Below, in pieces: positions 20,300 through 29,900 of a stretch of 64,000 nt of DNA (positions are counted from its first letter, which is position 1; the number at the start of each line of letters is the position of its first letter). Below the pieces are notes generated by a model that had not been told where the DNA came from, made no database searches, and saw only the letters and a list, made by a program, of their open reading frames with translations. This stretch comes from Candidatus Bathyarchaeota archaeon (GTDB lineage Archaea; Thermoproteota; Bathyarchaeia; 40CM-2-53-6). Both the position numbers and the translations under genes were made by a program. Location: the NCBI GenBank assembly GCA_963733055.1, contig CAVTBR010000001.1, forward strand, positions 160,001 to 224,000, given 5' to 3'.

Positions 20300-20947
20300 T
20301 TACTCGATGCGTCGGCCGGCCTCGTTACGGAGGCAATCGAACATGAGCATCGTAACGTAGGCTCCTGGATCTGGCTTTCCGAGAGTCTGCTCTCCAAGAT
20401 ACCGCGCCTTTCCCCGCTTTGCCACAAAGCTCTTGGTCAATTCATAGCCAGCTTCAGCAGCATTCGCCGCATCTTCCAAAGCCAACAGAAGAGGCGTATT
20501 TTTCGAGGCCGAATTCTTGAGCGATGCCACTGCCGGATCGAGCACGTCGATAAGTGTCTTCTCGCCTGCATGTGCACCTCCACGGGCCTCCACTTTTCCC
20601 ATGGACGCCTCAAACATCGCCGCCAAGTCCGATACCCTTAGCTCGCTTCTCGATTTGGCAACATCTCCTGCCGACGCGAATAACGTACCGAATATCGGAC
20701 CCGCAGCTCCGCCAGCCGAGGAGAGTATCGCCCGCCCAGCCTCTGATAAGAGAAGGCCTGCATTATTGCTCCCTGGAGATTCGAGAACTTTCATGACTTT
20801 CTCGAAGGCTACGTGCATGGTTGTCCCAAAGTCCCCGTCTCCGCATGCCGCGTCCATTTTGTTCAATTCATCTTTTGATCCAAGAACACGGCGTGCAAAA
20901 TTCAGAAGGAAATCTCTGAACTGTGCGTAGGAGAGGGACTCTTCCAA
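20300..20947 (-). CDS. dhaL: Dihydroxyacetone kinase L subunit
   Basis: DAACGDGDFG, GGAAGPIFG, GEKTLIDV, GKARYLGE, DPGA; start taken at TTG 20947. Confidence 0.88.
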   Translation of the reverse strand: MEESLSYAQFRDFLLNFARRVLGSKDELNKMDAACGDGDFGTTMHVAFEKVMKVLESPGSNNAGLLLSEAGRAILSSAGGAAGPIFGTLFASAGDVAKSRSELRVSDLAAMFEASMGKVEARGGAHAGEKTLIDVLDPAVASLKNSASKNTPLLLALEDAANAAEAGYELTKSFVAKRGKARYLGEQTLGKPDPGAYVTMLMFDCLRNEAGRRIE

Positions 20948-20960
20948 CAGGCAACGCCCG

Positions 20961-21975
20961 TTAGGACTTCGGGACCGTTCCGCACCAGCGATACGCTGGC
21001 GTGACCAGCGGGTGCATCGAAACACTTCTTCAACTCTGGGTCGAGACGCATCAATGTCACCGAGCATCCTGCCATTTCTTGAGATGTTAGGAAATTGCCG
21101 ACTTCAGTTCGATGAATTGAGATCCCTAATTCTTTCAAGAGCTGATGGGTTTTTCGGTTTATGATGAAGAGTTCCATTAGCGTTGTGGAACCGTAGCCAT
21201 TGACGATAACGTTCACTTCATCGCCTTCCTTGAAAGGCAAATCCTTGACTACTTCATTCACGAGAGCTTGGGCGGTATCGTCCGCTGGAAGCAGCCCCGT
21301 CTTTCTGGTTCCTTTCTCTCCGTGCGCTCCGATTCCAAAATACATCTCCTCCGGCCCGATCGTGAAGGTCGGTTGTCCGCTCGTGGGGACTGTGGCGGGT
21401 GACAGGCCGACAGCGAAAGTGCGTGAGTTATCTCTAGCGCCCTCTGCCACTCTCCTCACTTCCGAAAGGCTTGCTCCCTCCTCGGCTTTCGCTCCTGCCA
21501 CTTTGATTACGAACAGATCACCAGCTAACCCACGCCTCTCCTGAACCGAATCGGGGGACGCCGAGGCTACATCGTCCCAGACGCGAACCGTAGCTGTCTC
21601 AATTCCGTCCTCTTTCGCATTTTCCGCAGCGATATCGAAGTTCATGTTGTCCCCCGAATAGTTTCCATAAACATACAAGATACCCTCCCCACCGTCTACC
21701 GCCTTGGTCGCATCGAGAATCATTGGCGGGGATGGGGCTGAGAAAACGTCGCCAAGCACCGCCGCATCAGCCATCCCGTACCCTACCCAGCCAAGGAAAA
21801 GTGGTTCATGCCCGCTGCCACCGCCTACGACCACACCAACTTTACCGGAAACGGGTGCACCTTGCCGCGCGACGACGTGTGGATTGACGAGCTTGACCAA
21901 CCGGTTGTATGCGCAGGTGAAACCTTCGATGCTTTCCACCGTCACGTTAAAGGGATCATTGATGAGCTTCTTCAA
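20961..21975 (-). CDS. dhaK: Dihydroxyacetone kinase K subunit; +1 frameshift near 21010-21012
   Basis: KKLINDP, GGGSGHEP, NYSGDNMNF, GIGAHGE, TSQEMAG; removing one base restores a DhaK-like end DAPLVTPAYRW...TAA and removes the overlap with dhaL. Confidence 0.9.
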
Positions 21976-22114
21976 TCGACCATCACTGAAAAGGCTGGAT
22001 TCGTAATCCAGCACGACTTAGCTTTAGCCTATCGGTACAGTGACTAGAAACATTCGACCGGCTATCGCAGTCGCGGTAATGATTGAAATCGGCGGATTCC
22101 GAAATTGATCGAGG

Positions 22115-22495
22115 CTACGCTGCCTTTGGTTTTTGCAACAGTACGTAGGCTGTCAGAGCCATTATGACAACCTGGGCGATGAAGACCTCAACGCTTCCAG
22201 GTGGGAACAAATCTGTGGAGAACCCAAATACTTGACCGCCTGACAGAGGTGTGGGAATTGTGGCGGTTATCAAGATCAATATGTTGTCGATGAGTGACAA
22301 GACGAAAAGGCCAATGGCAGCAGGTTTGAACAGCTTACCTGATGTCAGCACCGCGACGGCGCCCGCTGCAAAGAGTACTGTGGTAACCGAGAAGTAGAGT
22401 CCGATGGGGTCGGAGAATCCGGCCAAGGTCGTGTGCGCATAAGCGTTGTACAGTGCAACTATTAGAATCACGATCTTAACGGGAGAGACTTTCAT
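22115..22495 (-). CDS. Hypothetical four-TM membrane protein
   Basis: Hydrophobic ORF; ATG 22495 follows an AT-rich TATA-like tract. Confidence 0.6.
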   Translation of the reverse strand: MKVSPVKIVILIVALYNAYAHTTLAGFSDPIGLYFSVTTVLFAAGAVAVLTSGKLFKPAAIGLFVLSLIDNILILITATIPTPLSGGQVFGFSTDLFPPGSVEVFIAQVVIMALTAYVLLQKPKAA

Positions 22496-22667
22496 AACAT
22501 CTGACCTAGCTAGGCGATGATGTTTTAAACTATTTAAACTTACTATGTCTGTAGTAGGATGAAACAGAGCTTTCCGGACCACCGCGGGCCGGCGCCTCAT
22601 CAATTCTCCGAGTCGATTCGCTCACATGCTTGTCGGCCGGTACAAAGTTTCTTACCGTTTTCTGCGT

Positions 22668-22712
22668 ATTCCTTTAGGAATGAATTCCGATGGCTGAAAT
22701 TCCTATAGGAAT
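22668..22712. promoter_or_regulatory. Two 14-bp palindromes ATTCCT(T/A)TAGGAAT, probable operator pair
   Basis: attcctttaggaat 22668-22681 and perfect attcctataggaat 22699-22712, in the divergent intergenic region upstream of the thrC-like gene. Confidence 0.6.
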
Positions 22713-22780
22713 ATCGAGTTCAACCATCTATTAATACCGCTCTCGCATGCGGCGAATCAAATTCGGGTTGTTGTTGAAAT

Positions 22781-24007
22781 TTGGGAGTTGTACAATCACT
22801 CGTCTGTCGTCGCTGTGATGCTGAAAGCCCGCCGCAAAGAACCATCTCATGTCCACAATGTTTTGCGCCACTTGACGTCACTTACGACCTTGATTCAATA
22901 GAGCTTACTCACTCTTCGTTTGAATCACGGGCGAGAACACTCTGGAGATACAAGGAGCTGCTCCCTGTTCAAGATTCGAAGAACATTGTTGATTTGAACG
23001 CTGGATTTACTCCGCTTCATCGGTGCAGAAATCTTGAGCGAGTTCTTGGATTACAGGAGCTGTACGTGAAGAATGATGGTTTGAACCCGACTAATTCTTT
23101 CAAGGACAGACCTGCTTCTGTGGCTATCTCCAAAGCGATCGAATTTCAGCTCGGGGTTGTTGGTGCAGTCTCGACTGGAAACCTCGCAGCCGCAATGTCC
23201 GCTCATGCAGCTAAAGCAAACCTACCCTGCTACATATTCATCCCTGAGGGGATAGAGGCAGGCAAGATCGCGCAGATCAACGCTTACGGCCCTCATATAT
23301 TGAGCGTCAGGGGGACCTACGATGACGCCAACCGTCTCGCGTACTTGGCTTCAGAGGAGTATGGTTGGACGATTGCCAACATAACCATGCGTCCCTACTA
23401 TGTCGAGGGTTCCAAGACTCTTGCTTTCGAGGTTTGTGAACAGTTAGGTTGGCAGGCTCCGGATCATATGATTGTAGCCGTTGGAAGCGGCGCCCTGATG
23501 CGAGCAATCTGGAAAGGGTTTGATGAATTTCACAAGATTGGCCTAATCGGGAATCGAACTCCGTCCATTCACGGCGCTCAAGCATCGGGATGCGCTCCTG
23601 TCGCCACAGCTTTCGAAAATAACACCGAAAAAATACGGCCGGTACCAAAACCCGACACAATAGCAAAGAGCATAGCGATCGGTGATCCGGGGGATGGAGC
23701 TTACGCCATCGAGGTTGCCAAGAGAACTAGTGGCACGATAGGCCAAGTGACGGATTCCGATATTCAAAAAGCCATAACCCTTCTCGCATCCAAAGAAGGA
23801 ATATTCGCTGAACCCGCCGGCGCGGTAACCATTGCATTACTCAACAAACTTGTCGACGAGGGACGTATCGATACCGATGAAAGCGTCGTCTGCTGCGTAA
23901 CGGGTAACGGGCTGAAGTCCGTCGAGGCTGTTCCAACCTACAACCAGCGTTGGCATACCCTCGACCCAACGCTTCAATCATTGAACGCGATTGTAGAAAA
24001 TGGGTGA
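22781..24007 (+). CDS. thrC: Threonine synthase-like PLP enzyme (fold type II)
   Basis: N-terminal CxxC...CxxC, NPTNSFKDR, STGNLAAA, EGSKT, AEPAG, TGNGLK. Confidence 0.85.
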   Translation: MGVVQSLVCRRCDAESPPQRTISCPQCFAPLDVTYDLDSIELTHSSFESRARTLWRYKELLPVQDSKNIVDLNAGFTPLHRCRNLERVLGLQELYVKNDGLNPTNSFKDRPASVAISKAIEFQLGVVGAVSTGNLAAAMSAHAAKANLPCYIFIPEGIEAGKIAQINAYGPHILSVRGTYDDANRLAYLASEEYGWTIANITMRPYYVEGSKTLAFEVCEQLGWQAPDHMIVAVGSGALMRAIWKGFDEFHKIGLIGNRTPSIHGAQASGCAPVATAFENNTEKIRPVPKPDTIAKSIAIGDPGDGAYAIEVAKRTSGTIGQVTDSDIQKAITLLASKEGIFAEPAGAVTIALLNKLVDEGRIDTDESVVCCVTGNGLKSVEAVPTYNQRWHTLDPTLQSLNAIVENG

Positions 24008-24295
24008 ATCATCTTCGGACAAATAACCGTTAAACTGTACGGGGCAGCGGTCGAAGCCGCGAAACGGCAGACCGAGACAAAAGTTGAAGCGTCAAATGTT
24101 CGCGAACTTCTCGGCAGGCTCTGTGACGATTTCGGCGACTCATTCAAACGCAAGGTTATCGATTCGAAAGGTGGACCTCAACCTTTCGTGAGTGTCTACG
24201 TCAACAACACTGACATACGTCATCTAAACTACGTCGAAACAGAGTTGAAGGATGGCGATGAAGTTCTGATTCTTCCCGCCGTAGCAGGCGGTTAA
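24008..24295 (+). CDS. MoaD/ThiS/CysO-like sulfur carrier (absent from ORF track; no canonical start)
   Basis: Manual translation IIFGQITVKLYGAAVE...VSVYVNNTDIRHLNYVETELKDGDEVLILPAVAGG-stop; same frame as thrC, directly after its TGA. Confidence 0.85.
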   Translation: MIFGQITVKLYGAAVEAAKRQTETKVEASNVRELLGRLCDDFGDSFKRKVIDSKGGPQPFVSVYVNNTDIRHLNYVETELKDGDEVLILPAVAGG

Positions 24296-24600
24296 TCAGG
24301 AAACCGAATTGGCGTCTATCAAAGAGGGCGGGACACAGATCCTACAGGCACTACTCCAACCAAGACTGACGACCTCTACAGAGGGGAGATCAGTCGATAC
24401 GGACGACCCTCATTAATCCTAAAGTCGGCGCAAAAGAACGGAAGTGACTCAAAGCAACAAGCCTAGTCGTGGTCGCCGCGGAGGCTTGGATCGCTAACTT
24501 GGTTTACCTGACAACAGCCGTTCAAATCCTGAAAACTGGGGGCCTGAGAGCAAATCCGCTCACAAACCGCATTCTAACTGGATCGTTGTTACCTGAGAGT

Positions 24601-25449
24601 TTAGCCGTGGGGCAATTCCTTCTCGGCCTGCGTTAGCGTACATCCGACTGAACCACCTGGCTTAGATTGCGATTTGTGAGACCGATCGGATATGACGGCG
24701 ACAGTCGCTAACAATTCTTTACCGATTGCTGGGCGGGTTTCCGTGGGATCCATGTTGGTGTGGGTATTGCAATTTGGCTGACAGCGAAAAACATTGTCGG
24801 CTAATCTGCCCTCTACGTTTGTCCATTTTGACGTGTAATGCTCAGCGTTTAGTGAAGCGATTCGGAACTGGCGGTTCATCTTGCCGTTGCGTTCGGTGCA
24901 TTTCATTTCGAAGATGCCGTCGAAGAGGGGTTTGAGCATGCTCACGAAATTTGGTGGGTGGACGCCCTCTTCCAAGGTCAATATGCTTGGTACGTGGTCT
25001 TTGCGTAGACGTGCGGTCAGGACCTGGAGAAACTTGTAGGTAGCGGCAGGGCCAGCTTCTAGACTTAAGGTTGTGATGGAATCAAGTGCAAACGCGTAGC
25101 TTCTCATCTCGAGTCGAGCTTTGTCGATTACTATGCTCACCTCGCCTAAGCTGAGCCCGTTAGCCGACCAAGTAGCAGCTGGATCTTTCTCACCGAAGCG
25201 CCACGAATAGCTGTCGACGATCCGGAGAATGTTTTCTACATTACTGAACTTCGAGCGTTTTGAGAGAAGTTGGAGATGATGTGATGGGGGCTGATCGGTC
25301 ACAACGTAAAGGCATCTTTTCTGCTCTTCCAAGTAGTCGTGTAGAAACCTTAGGATGTAGCTAGTCTTGCCCGCGGTTGGTGGGCCAGTCAACAGCCACA
25401 CGCCCTCGGAAACATTCCCTTTGGTGAGCTGATCTGAACCTGGAAACAT
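24601..25449 (-). CDS. KaiC/RAD55-like RecA-superfamily ATPase, single domain
   Basis: Walker A GPPTAGKT, IVDSYS, Walker B FALDSIT, FDGIFEM. Confidence 0.8.
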   Translation of the reverse strand: MFPGSDQLTKGNVSEGVWLLTGPPTAGKTSYILRFLHDYLEEQKRCLYVVTDQPPSHHLQLLSKRSKFSNVENILRIVDSYSWRFGEKDPAATWSANGLSLGEVSIVIDKARLEMRSYAFALDSITTLSLEAGPAATYKFLQVLTARLRKDHVPSILTLEEGVHPPNFVSMLKPLFDGIFEMKCTERNGKMNRQFRIASLNAEHYTSKWTNVEGRLADNVFRCQPNCNTHTNMDPTETRPAIGKELLATVAVISDRSHKSQSKPGGSVGCTLTQAEKELPHG

Positions 25450-25452
25450 GTC

Positions 25453-26526
25453 TCAAGTTACCTTCTTTTCTAGAAGTGGAGCGACTCCGCGAAGTACGTT
25501 GGAAACCATGTATTCACGATCGGTCCTCCACCGTCCATTTTGGAACGGATCGGGATCAATGCCCCAGCGGAAGCTGGATAAGTAATCGCACCAGAACATT
25601 TCTACCAGAGAACAATGCAGCTTCAAGATACCGTACACGAGTGGGATATCGAGTGATGATAGCGTTGCATATAGTACGAAGCCGTCTTGTTCCGGCCACA
25701 GTGTGGACTGGAAAGGCAGCTCCGATACGGCAGCGGAGACTTGTTTCACGACACTGAAATTGCATTTGCAACGAAATAGTGCGATCGTCGCTAGCCCCGT
25801 TAGGAATGCGCCCGCTAGCACCCTGTAGCCTAGGATCACCTTTTCCGACTGTAAGAAATCCAATCTACGGCTCAAGGTGGATTCCGAAACTCCTACGTGT
25901 CTGGCTATGTCGCGTTGAGCTCGTAATATGTCGATAGAAACTTCACTTAGAATTCTCAAGTCGATTATATCAAGTCGATCAAGGATTGATGGCAAAGGGG
26001 CGGCCGGGGGAGGAGGGGCTGAGGACCAATTCCGCTCCCAAGTTTTCCAATCAAACGTCCAGCCTTTTCCAGGAGTGTAACGAGAGTAGTCCGTTTCAGG
26101 CATAGCTATATCGGCAATTGGGAAGTGGAGATCGTAGCTCTCTATTTTTCCTAAGCCTACTAGATTTTCAAACAATTCTAGTAGCAGGGCAGTGGTTCCG
26201 GGTGGAATTGCGAACCTCACAAAGAGAGCGCTCTCTGAGCCTGAACAGCGAATACGATACTGCGTGTACGGATGCTCGAGGCAAAGCGCTTCAAGGAGCG
26301 GCCATGAATCGGGCTGACAGCGAAGTATGCAGGCTACTGATTCTAAACCTACTCTACCGTAATTTACCTGGGCTGAAACTCCCAAGAGATTTTTTTCTGA
26401 CTTTAACCGTTCAATGGTTTTCGCCACATTCCCGCACGAGACTCCCAGCCGACCCGCAATGGCAATGTTTGATTGAAGCGGATTCTCTCCCAAGTACGAA
26501 AGCAGATTTAGCTCGAATTTATCCAT
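25453..26526 (-). CDS. Transcriptional regulator with two Lrp/AsnC-type winged-HTH modules
   Basis: LLSYLGENPLQSNIAIAGRLGVS and LDIIDLRILSEV...IARHVGVSESTLSRRL; strong RBS gggaggag. Confidence 0.8.
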   Translation of the reverse strand: MDKFELNLLSYLGENPLQSNIAIAGRLGVSCGNVAKTIERLKSEKNLLGVSAQVNYGRVGLESVACILRCQPDSWPLLEALCLEHPYTQYRIRCSGSESALFVRFAIPPGTTALLLELFENLVGLGKIESYDLHFPIADIAMPETDYSRYTPGKGWTFDWKTWERNWSSAPPPPAAPLPSILDRLDIIDLRILSEVSIDILRAQRDIARHVGVSESTLSRRLDFLQSEKVILGYRVLAGAFLTGLATIALFRCKCNFSVVKQVSAAVSELPFQSTLWPEQDGFVLYATLSSLDIPLVYGILKLHCSLVEMFWCDYLSSFRWGIDPDPFQNGRWRTDREYMVSNVLRGVAPLLEKKVT

Positions 26527-26571
26527 CTATAGCTCCTCCCTTCCCACCCGCATGAGAAAAAGAGAACGCAT

Positions 26572-26613
26572 CTCTAGTTAGGGGAGAAAACATAGAGGCT
26601 CCCCTACCTAGAG
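26572..26613 (-). terminator. 15-bp stem hairpin followed by a U-rich tract on the minus strand (terminator or transcript stabiliser)
   Basis: ctctagttaggggag 26572-26586 against ctcccctacctagag 26599-26613, one mismatch; minus strand continues ...gttctctttttctc. Confidence 0.6.
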
Positions 26614-26625
26614 CGCGCTTATTGG

Positions 26626-26838
26626 TCACCTAGTACCTGGACCCACATTACCCGGACCAATGCTCCCGCCGCACCTTGGATTGGGTGAGATACCGAAGTT
26701 CACGCCCTCTCCGACGCCAGGTTTAGCAAGAACGCATATGGGGCCTACCTGTACAAGGCATGCGAACACTGCACTGGCTTGTATCAGACCCACCACGATG
26801 ATCACGGCTAACACTAGGCCCAACGTTTTGCCCCGCAT
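26626..26838 (-). CDS. Small secreted Cys/Gly/Pro-rich peptide (70 aa)
   Basis: Signal peptide MRGKTLGLVLAVIIVVGLIQASAVFA then CLVQVGPIC...; ggtga RBS; strong TATA upstream; downstream hairpin. Confidence 0.7.
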   Translation of the reverse strand: MRGKTLGLVLAVIIVVGLIQASAVFACLVQVGPICVLAKPGVGEGVNFGISPNPRCGGSIGPGNVGPGTR

Positions 26839-26867
26839 TTCTTTCACCTACCTGCATAAATTGCTTA

Positions 26868-26882
26868 ATATATATAAAAAAC
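26868..26882 (-). promoter_or_regulatory. Archaeal TATA box for the peptide gene
   Basis: Minus strand ttttttatatatatt about 30 nt upstream of the start codon. Confidence 0.55.
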
Positions 26883-26939
26883 TTGCGCCCCACATGTTTA
26901 AAATCGTCATTGTCTTGGAAAAGTTTTGTTATTATTTTG

Positions 26940-29900
26940 TCAAAGTTTAGCTTCTGTTATCATCAGGTCGCGTTTTGCACCGAGTTTCCTGAAGAGTTCC
27001 GATGCCTCCCCGAGTCGCTTCTTCGATTCTTCAACCTTCGTCGTTCCTAGAAATTCAGCGTATGCTGCGAGGGCCTTGGCCTTGTAGTACGGCCAACCCG
27101 CCTTATCCCACAAAGCTAGGCATCCGAGATAAGCTTCCTCCGCTCCTTTGAGATCGCCAGTAGCAAGTAGGAGGTTTGCTTCAGCCTGCATAGCCATTGC
27201 CATGCCTGCTTGGCCATTCAGTTGCGCCGCAAGTCGTTTCGCCCACTGAGAACTGTTCCGTGCCTTCTCGATTTCTCCTTGCCTAGCATAAACTTGGGTT
27301 AAGTAGAGCAACGTTTCGATGTGATTTAATGGCTGAGTGCTGAATTCGGCATCTTTGAAGGCCTCAACATTTGATTCGAAATAAGGCTTAGCCTCATCGT
27401 CCCTTCCCTGTGCCATTCGGAGTTGGCCCAACTCCAGATTAACTTCAACAAGAGAGGCCAATGTTGAATCTCGCTTGATCAAGGATCGAAGATACCTTTC
27501 GAATTCCTCAGACTTTCCTTCCAACAGATGTCGAAGCTTTTCCCTTCGGAGTTTGTAGTATTCTGAGGGAGCCGCTCCGAGCCGGTCGAAGACTTCGAAG
27601 GCCTTGTCGGCTTCATTACGCGCCTTCCCCCAGTCTCCTCTTAGCATGTCCACATACGACAACCATCCCAGTGAGGTAGCTTGCATCATAATGTCGTTCA
27701 ATCTGGCTGCTAACTCGAATCGTTTCAGCATGAATTCGCGGGCTTTCGTGAGGTCTCTGGGATACCAGTATACACTCAAGTTAAGGGAAGCACGGAAGGC
27801 TTGAATGTATTGTTCGTGTTGCAGCGATAACTCGAGAGCCTTTTCCCAGAGCGTAAGGCCTTCGTCGATTTTGCCTGTGTCAGTTAGGAGCGCACCCTTA
27901 TTGCCAATTGCCATTGAGATGGCTTCGAAGTTCCCGCTTTTCTCTCCCGCCTTTAGACCACGTTCCGACCAATTAGCGACTTCGCTACGCTCCTCGCATA
28001 GACCATGGAACCAAGCTAATCTTGAATAGATCGCTGCGGCCTCAAAGCTTTCCTGATCGGATTCAACATTTTTGAGACCTCGTTCAAGCACCGAGATCGC
28101 TTCATGGTACGCTGTCGATTCGATAGTACTGAACCCTCCGCGGCCGATCGCGTCTGATAGTCTGACAGAAATTCGTGCACATGCCGTGAGGTTGTTCAGT
28201 CGGCTGAAGATTGAGCGGGCTAGCTCATAATCGCGCGCGCTTTCTTGAAGCCTACCAGCGTAAAAGTAGCATTCCGCTAGCTTCTCGAGGGCGCCCGCCT
28301 TAATCTCGTTATTTTCCCCTTCAAGATCCATTAGATCAGATGCGAGTTTGAAGTCGTGGATGGCAGCATCATATGCATGAACAGACCTGTTCCTATCTCC
28401 CGCCATGATTGAATACTTGACCGTCCGCTCCTTGTCGCCGCCCTCAGAGTAATGACTCGCTAACGCTTCAGCGTGGGATTCAAGGGTCTTCGAGTAATGC
28501 TTCTCCATAGACTCCGCAATCTTCAGATGATACCTCCGACGCTTCAGCAGGATCAGGTCTTCGAGTAACAGCTCCCGAACCCGTGGGTCTGCGAACCTTA
28601 GTCTGCCATGCTCCATCTGGAGCTCAACGACCAGCCCCTGATTTATAGTGGCTTCAAGCTTCTCGAGCAGTGTGTCTTCAGTGAGTTGCAAGGCTTCCTT
28701 TAGAATCTCGAAATCAAACTCGGACCCAATGACCGCCGCCCACTGGAGGATTGAGAGAGTTTCGGGGTCGAGTTTCGTAAGCCGAGCCCTAAGCGCCGTC
28801 TTTACACTTCTTGGAATGGTCAGGTCTTGGATTGGTTTTCGTTCCCATCCCTTGTCCGTACGATAGATTGTTCCATCCTCTACGAGTGATCGGAGAACCT
28901 CCTCAACAAAGAATGGGTTCCCGCCTGTTCTCTCAAAGAGAAGCTCCGCGAACTCGCCAGAGAGTGTTTGTTCGCCGAAAATGCCTTTGATCAGCTTTGT
29001 TGTACCCTCTAGGTCCAGACCTTTTACTGAAATGGTCTCCAGAAGCCGTTGCTTGTTGAATTTCATCATGGTCTGTTCAAGTGGGCTGTCAGCTTCAATA
29101 TCACGTTCCGGAGGCAGAGAGCAAACCATCAAGACGCGTGAGTCGGTACTGCTCCTGACCAAATATTCGAGCAAATCCAATGATGGCTGATCGGCGAATT
29201 GCATATCATCAAACAGCAAGAGGAGCGGAGATTCCTTACAAATGGAAATGAAGAACTGTGTGACAGCCTCGAAGAAGCGCAGCTTATCCTGTTGCTCTCC
29301 GAGGGACTTGGGTGGCGGAATAGTTCCAACCTTCACAGCGAGGTCCGGAACCAACTTCACAAGCTCAGAAGCGTTGGGACCCAGCATTCTTTGCAAAACT
29401 TCTCCAGCGGCTTGTGCCACATATTGCCTTGCAATTTCGATCCAAGGAGCGTAGGCTACTCCCTCCTCGGATGCGGTACCGGACAAGACCAATGAGATCT
29501 TGGATCTCGCGTAGGTTGCCAGCTCGTGCATGAGGCGTGTCTTGCCTACACCCGCCTCACCCTGCATCGCAACCACCGACCCTCGACCACCAAGTGCACT
29601 GTCAAACGATGCCTTGAGCCTGGAGAGTTCCTCTTTTCGACTCACGAAGGACGTTGCCCAACGGGGTTCCTTGGACGGAGCGGCTGCGACCGTACCAGAT
29701 GTTTCAGATACTCGTGTCTGAGCGGTCAAATCGACCAGTGACAGCTCTTTCTCCACAACCTCGACACCATGCATCCATTTTACTCGAAGTGACTTCTGTC
29801 CCTCCCCCTCGACGATCTCCAGATTACCATCAAAGAGACCAACAACGGCCTGGACATCTTCGCCGGAATGCATGTATGGATTCAAAACAGCGAGGGTCGT

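Noticed and set aside
20902-21067. Long dhaK/dhaL overlap
   Set aside because: Disappears after correcting one base and using TTG 20947
24005-24007. TGA as selenocysteine
   Set aside because: Lies in an inter-domain position with no Cys-equivalent context; no SECIS recognised
24374-24394. Small hairpin region downstream of the Ubl gene
   Set aside because: Short, imperfect and compatible with chance
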